The notes below the pieces were generated by a model. The model was not told the DNA's origin and ran no database searches. It saw only the letters and a list, made by a program, of their open reading frames with translations. From assembly GCA_964234715.1 (NCBI GenBank), contig OZ174282.1: 64,000 bases of DNA; one strand, 5' to 3'. The stretch comes from Podarcis melisellensis (taxonomy: Eukaryota). Both the position numbers and the translations under genes were made by a program. Numbering within the stretch: position 1 is the stretch's first letter; each line of letters begins with the position of its first letter. Below, in pieces: positions 53,013 to 62,000 of the stretch.

Positions 53013-56000
53013 CAGAATGGTCCTTCTTCAGCTAGGAAGACTATATAGGGAGGCTGTTTGAGCAGTTCATTATGTCATCAGGTGCACCATGGGCCAGCCA
53101 ACCTTTGGCAGGTCAGAGTCATTTTGGCCCTTTGAAGCCTATTTTGGAGCCTGGAGTCAACAGGGCTCTAATATGGAGGATGAGGTGGAATCTGAACTCT
53201 TAGTTCCAGAAACTGGAACTACAGGGATTTGGTGCCATCACCACATTCTGGCTGCAGTGTGTTGGGCTGTCTGAATGTTGGCTCAGTATTTAGGGTCTCC
53301 TTCTTGAACCTTTCAAAGTATGCTTATTTGCCCTCATCTCCCCCAGTTTACATGCTTAAACACCCTTGGGGACATGTGCTTCTCACAGTTCAGGGATCAA
53401 GCCTGAGGAAAGAAGCCACAATGAGAGGATGAAGAGCAGCAAATATTATAATGGAAATGACCAGCGAACTACATCCATTCCTAAGGATATCTCTACAATC
53501 ACTGCCCACCGTGACAATGTCCTCCCCGCTCTTTGAGGGACAGAGTATATCCCCAGGCCTGCTCTGACCTCTTTTTTCTCTCACGCAGGGCCAGCAACAG
53601 TTCATGATCAAACTGGACTTTTTGTTCTTCGGTGAGAGCATCATACTCCTCTTCATCCATCTCCTGAAGACGAACCTTCTCTCTTGCAATGGCCTCCTGC
53701 TGCTCCCGTTCTTCCAAGCAGACAAAGGAGAAAGAAAGACACCAGAAACTTACCAGGAGAGCCACATCCAAGGCAAGTGGCAATACCTCATGCCACCCAT
53801 GCCCCCAACCCATTAAATTTATTGCAGAGCAAATATCAGGGGGTGGGGACAGCAAAACAGGGGAGTTGCAGATCAAACTGAGTAGTAGCATTAAGCTAAA
53901 ATCCTGGGAGAGAATGATTGGGTTCTATATACAGTAGGGAGGGGTGAATCTCTCCATTTCCATTTCTCATCTTTCCACTCTTCAGTTTGTTTTCCACATT
54001 TCCAAATGAGTTTGCATTTTTAAAAAACAAAAATAAATAACAAATCCTCATGAAAATTCATCAACATTTGACTGCTAATATTTCCTAATATACGTAGGTT
54101 TGTATGCAGTTTTGCCTAAAACACATTTCTGCAAAGCAACGTTCCCTTATATTTGCATTTTTATGCACACTTGGGGTTGCCATATTTCACAAAGTTAAAT
54201 TCCTAGCACCCACATAGTTGTTGAGCAAGACCCCAAGATTTTTGAGTTTTTAAAGGAAACCACCTTTTTGTGGGAACAAACCCAAATTGTTGAAAACCGG
54301 GGCAAGTGAAGATTTTCCCTAATGTATGGAAAGCCTGTAAACCAAATATACAAAATGGAATTTCTCCCCCATCCCTGATTCTCAGCAACTGGAAGCAAAG
54401 CAAAGAGGAACAGCTAGGCTAAGCAAGGGGCCACCCCCTTCCCAACTCCTCCTCCTCCTTACCTTCCTGCTCTTGCTTGGCCTTCTCTCTGGCTTTCATA
54501 GCAACAAAGTCCTGGAACAGGTTCACAAAATAGATGTGGCGCCTGTTGTTGATAGCTTTGAGTAGACAGGTAAGCGCCGATGCCATGCTGCGGGCAAACA
54601 AGGTATCCAGCCCATCGAACACCATGCCACGATAGCAGTCGCTCAGCTGTTGGAAAATGGAAGCACATCCCCGTTAGGCTCAGGCAAGGCTTTGGCCACT
54701 ACCAGGCATAGCTCCTGCCAGGCAGCAGGAGTCACCTGGCAGAAGTCACTCTGCTGATAGGCTGCCTGCATGAGAGAGATGGGAAGCAGGAGGCTCATCC
54801 CATCAGCTTTGCCAAAAAAGCCCCAGCTCCATAAGGCACCTCCGGCCCCTGAACTGTTCATATGACAGCTGGTCATGCTGAGAACTAATATTTAAGAAGT
54901 GGTGCCTGAGCTTGCTTTTCCTCTCTTCTCACCCCATCCATTTTTCCTTGTGTGTTGTGTTTCTTAGATTGTAAGCCTGTGTGGGCAGGGACTGTTTCAC
55001 AACCATCTTTGCAAAAGACATTTTAATGGGAATCCTGCTAGTCGACTGGATCTAGATTATAGCTATTGCTCCACATTTTTGGAGCTCATTTGAAGTAGAA
55101 GTGATCCATAGTCTTTGCTCTCCCCATTCCCTTGGCAATCTTCACAACTGCCAACATTTGATCTATAAACTCCTTGTGACAAAAACCTGACTTCTTTAGT
55201 TTACAATATGGAACAAGAATTGATAATACGATAGTAGTGATAAAATTGTCTGCAATAAATGTGTCATTAGTACTCTCATTTTAGAGACTGGAAAACTGAG
55301 GTTGACAGGTGCTCATGGTCCCTCCGTTTCTTTATTGTGATTGGCCAGGAATTGTGATTTGGCAATGGTATATTTGATAGCCAAGTGCACAGGACTCTGG
55401 GCCACACTAGCTCTCCACTGGAATCACACCAGAAAAAGGGACCCTAGAAAGCCATCTGCAACTCTGCCATGGTCCTTTATGCAGGAAGGGACAGGATACT
55501 CCTGACCTGGCAGGCAGACATTGTGCAGACCCAGGCCCAGGATTCCAGATGGAACCATTGTGAGACCCCCAGGCTGCATGGCTAGTGTCTCCCTTTGCTG
55601 CTGTTACCTGCATCCTCTCTGAAAGAATCTCCACCAATAGCTCCTCTGGAAGCACACAGCTCAACAGGCCATAATCTCCTGCCACACTGCCACAGAGGCT
55701 AAGGCGCCGCTGGATCGGAGCGCTGGGAATAGGGCTGGACGGAATCTGTAAATTGGGGATAAGACAGAAAGTTCCTACAAGAAACCTGCTGAGCTAGAAG
55801 GCACTTGCTTCTCCCTTCAACTCAGCCACGCCTGGGTCACCACTTTCCCTCCCAGCTTAGGGAGATGGAATAAAGCATGGTCAATTGCCAAGAGGACAAG
55901 GAAGGGGAGTCTGAGGCAGGGGAGAGGCAGAAAGAGAAACACATATGCAAACTAATAAATACACAACACTTTGAAAATTGACCTCTCCACTAGCTCTCTG

Positions 56001-59000
56001 GGCCAGTCTCTCAAAGCTGAGGTCTTTTTGTGCCTCCCATTAAGATGTGTCTCTTGCCCTTGGCCATCTGGGCTGCCCTCTGTGAGAGCAGGAACAGAGT
56101 GGGGTCAGATGCCAAATTCTGACTAAGGGAAGCTTTAAATGCAAATGGCACCATTTAACTTTAAAACCAGCAAGATGTCTTTCCAAGGAAGGTGCTTCAG
56201 AGGTCTGATGTGTGCATTGTTCTCTCCAAGCTTCAGCACCTGGTTATCAAAGGGCAGAGGGGCAGCTCCAACCAAGTGTCAAGACACTCTTCCCAAGGGC
56301 AGCTGCATCAGCACCCATTTTTTTCCCAGTGGCTCCATGGCAAGGCCAGCAAGAGAGCCTGCCAGCAAGAACTGCCCTCAAGGCATGAAAACAGGAATGT
56401 TTAACCAAAGGCCACTCTAGACAGGTAGTGTATTGCTTTGGGTGTATTCTGCAAGACATTCCTGACACAGTAATAGCGTATCAGCAGTGGGTTTATTCTG
56501 CTTTATTAGTTGTTCTACAATGCCACCATGTAATTGCTGGCTGGAGGAGTTGCAGTGCAATAAAACCAGGACAAATATAAGCCAGAGCATTAGTGCTAGA
56601 ATTTTGGGGGGAATTTCAGCAGGAAGGTACGGGATGTGCACTGACTGGAAATGAAGCAGTGTAACTGCCCCAGAACTTTTGAAGGCACAAGCAATATTGC
56701 AAGTGGGATCATGTGTGACCAACTCGACAGCATCATGAGCACAAATCATTGTGAATCTGCACTAAAAAGTATGTCTGCAGGGGCCCAAGCACCTCAACAG
56801 TATAAGAAAAGGAATCCATGGAATGGTTTGAGAAGACTTGATGTTGCTGAAGCATTCTTGAAGCAAAGCAAATACAAACTAACCAATTCCTGGATGGGTG
56901 ACCATTGGGAGACCCACCTGAGAGAAAGGTAGGTGTATCAGAAGTATTTACAAGGGGCACTAGGCCTCAGCATTGGGACACCATACTATTCCCCTCAGGA
57001 AGGGGCAACGGGGTGGCAGGAATTTTTGGCAAATCTTAAGAAGCTGCCTTACAGTGAGTTGGACCATTGGTCTATCTTGCTCAGTATGGTTTACACCAAC
57101 CTGGTGGGTTGATGGGAGTTGTAGTCCAACACCTGGAGGGCACCAGGTTGGTGGAGGCCTGTCTACACTGACTGGCAGAGGCTCTCCAGGGTTTTAAACA
57201 AAGTTTCCCATTCCATCCTTGGAATGTCAAGGTTTGAACCTTTGACCTTCTGCACGCCAAGCATATGCTCTACCACTGGGTCATTGCTCTTCCTCAGTTC
57301 TCTCACCTGGGATCCAGGTTGATCAGATTGTTGATGCTGCTGCTGCTTTTGTGATGTGTGTCCTTCAGACTTGCCCTTTGCCGTCGCCGTGCTTCCCCTA
57401 TAGCCTCTAGAGATGGCTGAGAGGGGTCCTGTTTTGGACTCTGAACTATGGCTGCCTTCTGAGGTGTGCTTACCCAAAGCCTCTGTACTGAGCCTGTTAT
57501 TCAGAGGCAGGGTGAGCTGCCCTTCAGTTCCTTGATGGGAAAGACAGATAGACAGAAATAGTTCCTTGATGTTTTACAAGTCAGAGAAGTGAACACTACT
57601 TCAGCATCCAAACTTGGCAAGGCGTAGTGATGAGATCTCAGTGGGTGAATTGGGAAAGGTTGGCCTCAGAGACTATGTCTGCCTGGCTACCCATTGCAGT
57701 GTCAGTATAAGCAAGGGGAGGGAGCACTGTGCTCTCTTCCACTAGGCCTCTTTACCCAGAGCCAGGTTTTGAGGGCCTGTATCTAGTTTGGGGCCAAAAG
57801 GTCAGACTGGGCATGTAGTTAGTGCAGCTCACAACAGCCTCCCTGACTGAGCTGCTAGAGGCCCTCTCAGATGTGGGGTTGCAGAACATTCACACTGAGG
57901 TCACTGTTGGGTCAGCTCAGGTCTTCATGATAACATTAAGGTTTTCCTAATTTGTCGCTAGGCAAGACATACCTTCAAGTAGTTTCCCTATGGGAGAGTA
58001 TTTGGTATTTAATTGTTACATTTCTATCCCATCTTTTCCTCCAAAGAACTCAAGAAAGCATACGTGGTTCTTCCCCATCTCATTTAATTACCGCAACAAC
58101 CCTGCAAGGTAGGTTAGGCTGAGAGATCATGACTGGTCCAAGGTCATCACTCAGTGAGCTGAAGCTGAGTGGGGATTTAAGTGGCCGAGTGTGGATTTGA
58201 TCCCTTGTTTCCCAAGTCCTATTCCAATGCTCTAACTACTACCCCACCACTGGATATACTCTGCTGGAGTGAGAGTCAAGCTGGTCCTGAGAAGAGAGTA
58301 AAAGTTCACTGAGGATGGGCTATGGGGAGCACAGGCAAAGGCCAGATGGGTACTTGCCATGATGTTGAAGACCTCCCCAACCCCCACTTACCCCCCTCTT
58401 CATTTTCCCGTTGTGCCAGTTCAATTGCAGCTCGGATGCAGAGTTCACGAGCACGAAGCCCTGCTGAAGTGTTCCCATCAGAGATGGCTTCCAAGACCAC
58501 AGAATCAATGGATAAGCAAGCAGCACTGTAGTGTTTGGCAAGGGTGATGGCTGCACTGGACTTTCCTAGAGAAATCAGAGACAAAGGTATTGCTAAACAC
58601 ACACACACTTTCACCATCCATCATTTATCAACATCCCTTTATATCTGGGATGGAGGGGCTTTCTCAGTCTAAGGGCCACATTCTCTTCTGGACAACTTTC
58701 TGAGGGCCATATGGCAGTGGGGGGTGGGGCCGGAAGCAAAAGTGGGTGGAACAATGAATGTGAACAGTAAGCCAGTTTCTACATACTCTCTCACTTACCC
58801 CTCTCTTCCAGAGAAGAAATAATTCAAGGACATAGTCCAGTAAGACAAAAACATGGGGGGGGGGGGAGAGTAAACCAGAAGGGCCAGCAGTGATGGATGG
58901 GTGGGGTCTGGGGAGAGTTCTAACGGGAGTTCTCAACAGACTCTCTAAAACAGGAGCATGGCTGCCTTCCCAGGGCAAATCCCCTCTCCCTGGCACCCGC

Positions 59001-62000
59001 CATTCATCAAGGAAGAACAAGGCAGGTCACTCTGTCTGCTCTGCATTAAGCGCACCTCTAGCTTAGCCCACGGTTAGCATCAGCCTTGGCAAGAAAATGC
59101 CTCGAGTCCTTCAGCTCCCAAAAAAGTTGTTCACAAACTAAAAAATATTCAGAAGAGAGCTGCAAAAAAACTGAGGATGACAGTGAGATCTCAGAGCACA
59201 TGGTGGTACTCAGATGCCATCTGGGAGTATACAGTCACCACAGATGTAGCCCTGCTGCTCCGAGGTGGTCTCTGTACCTGTAAGGGGAGCACCATGGATG
59301 ATGATGGCAATGCCCCTGCGGTTCCTGGCAGCCCGTCCTTCTGGAGATATATCAATGCCAAGGTGACGCGCAATGGCTTTTGAGACAGGGTTGTTGTCTA
59401 GCTCTCCCACAGCTTCCTTATTCTTGATCACACTTTGCTGACTCCCTCCTGAAAAAGAATCAGGGCTATAGACAGCTTGCTCAAAGGCCATATCCTTCAA
59501 AGGGCTTCAGAAAGAAAAGATGTCAGGTACAAATAGTACATCTTCAGAAATTGCACAGACCCTTTTATTTTCAAGGAGGAACAGAGGGTTGGCCAAATGG
59601 GAGAAATCCTTAAGCCCAATAAGGAATGCCACTCTCTCATCTTTGCTGCTGCAGATGGCAGGGGTGTCCGTGGCTTTTTTAATCCTTTACTGCAACAGAC
59701 AGTATATATTTATACATTTGCTCTGGGGTTAAAAATAAATAAATCTAACTCCAGAACCTGAAATCTGTTTCAATGAGCTTATTTTGAACGCTTTATACTG
59801 ATCCTGTCAGGCAGGGTAAGAAATTGTTTTTGTTTTAATTTATCACATTATTAATGTACTTGTATCTCTCTTCTTTCTATTGCTCGCTCTGTCCCTCCAG
59901 CCTCAACACCGTTTATGTGACTTCTTACCAATGCTGTCATGTGCATTGATCAAACACTGTGCATTGGAATTTCACCACAGACCCCTGAACATAACATGCA
60001 AAAAAGATCAGCAATAGCAGGGGAGACAAGCCAAGAGTGAAGCCTCATTCCTCTGTCAACATAGTGAGGGCCTGTGCACAAGCAATGGGTGGACAGGGCT
60101 TAAGCCTTTGTCCAATGGGAAAAGTCAAGATAATGTATTTCCACTACAACGTCTGCAGCTGCTTCATGCTGGAGAACAAAGTTTGCAGGAGATGGCATGC
60201 AACACAATTATGGGTCAAAAGGATTTTGTCAAGCCAGGTATTTTTGAGATTTAGAAAACATGCACTGGTCCACAATTTCAACACATGTGGAACCTAAACT
60301 CTCCTGATCTAGATTCAGGTAGGTAGTCGTGTTGGTCTGACGCAGTCGAAATATATATTTAAAAAAAATTAAATGTCCAGTAGCACCTTAGAGACCAACT
60401 AAGTTTGTTCTTGGTGTAAGCTTATAGATTTTCACCATGAGGTGGCAGCAAAATGTCACTATGTGGGTGTCTAAATCTTTCCCCATTACATCACATACAT
60501 TTTCTTTTTTCAGTGGTGATGATGACATGCTCTTTTCACTGTCCCAGCAGACCAGAAGCTCTCACTCACCTTGTCCTCTGTCTGTCCCCTCCTCTTCCTC
60601 TTCTTCCTCCTGATCAAATTTCGATTCCACCCTGAAAGTTCTGGTATCCTCATTAAGGGAAAGAGAAGGATGAGCAGAGGCCGCCGTGGATGTTGTTTGC
60701 CCAGCACTGGAAGGGAGGAGCTTCATCCCATGATCAGAAATTAAAGCATTTTCTTCTTCTTCTACTAAAGAGGAAAGGAGGACAGATGTCACAGTGCATA
60801 CAAGAGACACCAAGTAATGTACTGGTGGCACTTTCAGAAGTTCCCCACACTCGGTCTTAACCAAAGCAAACCAGTGAAGGACATGCCATTCTCTATAGAC
60901 CAACCTTTGCTAACTTGGCACCTTCCAGATGTTTTTGCCACCAGCACCAATCAGCTCTTAGAAATAGGCTCAAAAACACAGAAGACTAGCTTCTAGCCTT
61001 CAGATTGTGTTGCCTGGACAAATAACTGCATTTATGTATGGCTCACCTTAACCAATTGTAAAATAAAATGGGCAGAGGTTGCTTTTGAAAGACACCATGG
61101 CTTTGGAATGAAGGGATAATGATTTATACCACCCACCCAGTTCATGCTCTATGTAGTCCATCCTGTGAAGGTGTGGTGATGTAGGGATTAGCACTGGAGG
61201 GGGGTGTTGGTAAAGGGAGAGGGAATTCAGTCGCAGCAGCCACGTCTGGGTGGGGAAGTAAGTCACAAGTCCTGTCAATGGGAAGCATCCAGATGTGCCA
61301 AGGTGGGAGAAGGGATTCCCCTGGCCTGGCACTTAGACCATACCCTTGGGCTGCAAATCTTTAAGACACATACCCCACTCCCAATTCAATAATCCTGGGA
61401 ACTGTAGTTTGTAAACTACTATTCCCAGGATTCTTTGGGGAACCCATGTGTTTCAAATGTGCTTTAAATGAATGGTGTGTATGCAGCCCCAGAATTTTGG
61501 GGCTGCAGGGGGAAAGCAGTTGTGAATCAGGTAGGGCCTCCTTTAATACTGGAATAGGTGTAGTCAGATGATATGGAAGCAGTGTCTCAGACCTGACATC
61601 ACTTTGGGTTCCCGCTTTAGGCAATGCTCCTGGATAGTTTGAGTAAACCTTGCAGAACTCTTTTGTCACATTAAATAATGAAAGTTGCAAGCACGGGGTT
61701 GTATCCAGCTAATTCCTACTCAGAGTACACATTGGCCAAAAGATTCCTGCATTGCAGGAGGTTACACTAGGTGACTCTCATGGTCCCTTCCAACTCTACA
61801 ATTCTTCACCCACTGAAAGTAATGAACCTAAATTAGACATGTCCATTAACCTCAATGGGTCTACTGTGAGAATGACTAGCAAGGCATTATCCCACCTTTT
61901 CATTCCAGGAGTAGATGCAAAATCTAGAAATGAGCACAGCAGTTAGCTGGAATTAGTCAGTCCCCTTACACCCTCTCTGATGTCCAAAAATAGCCACCCC

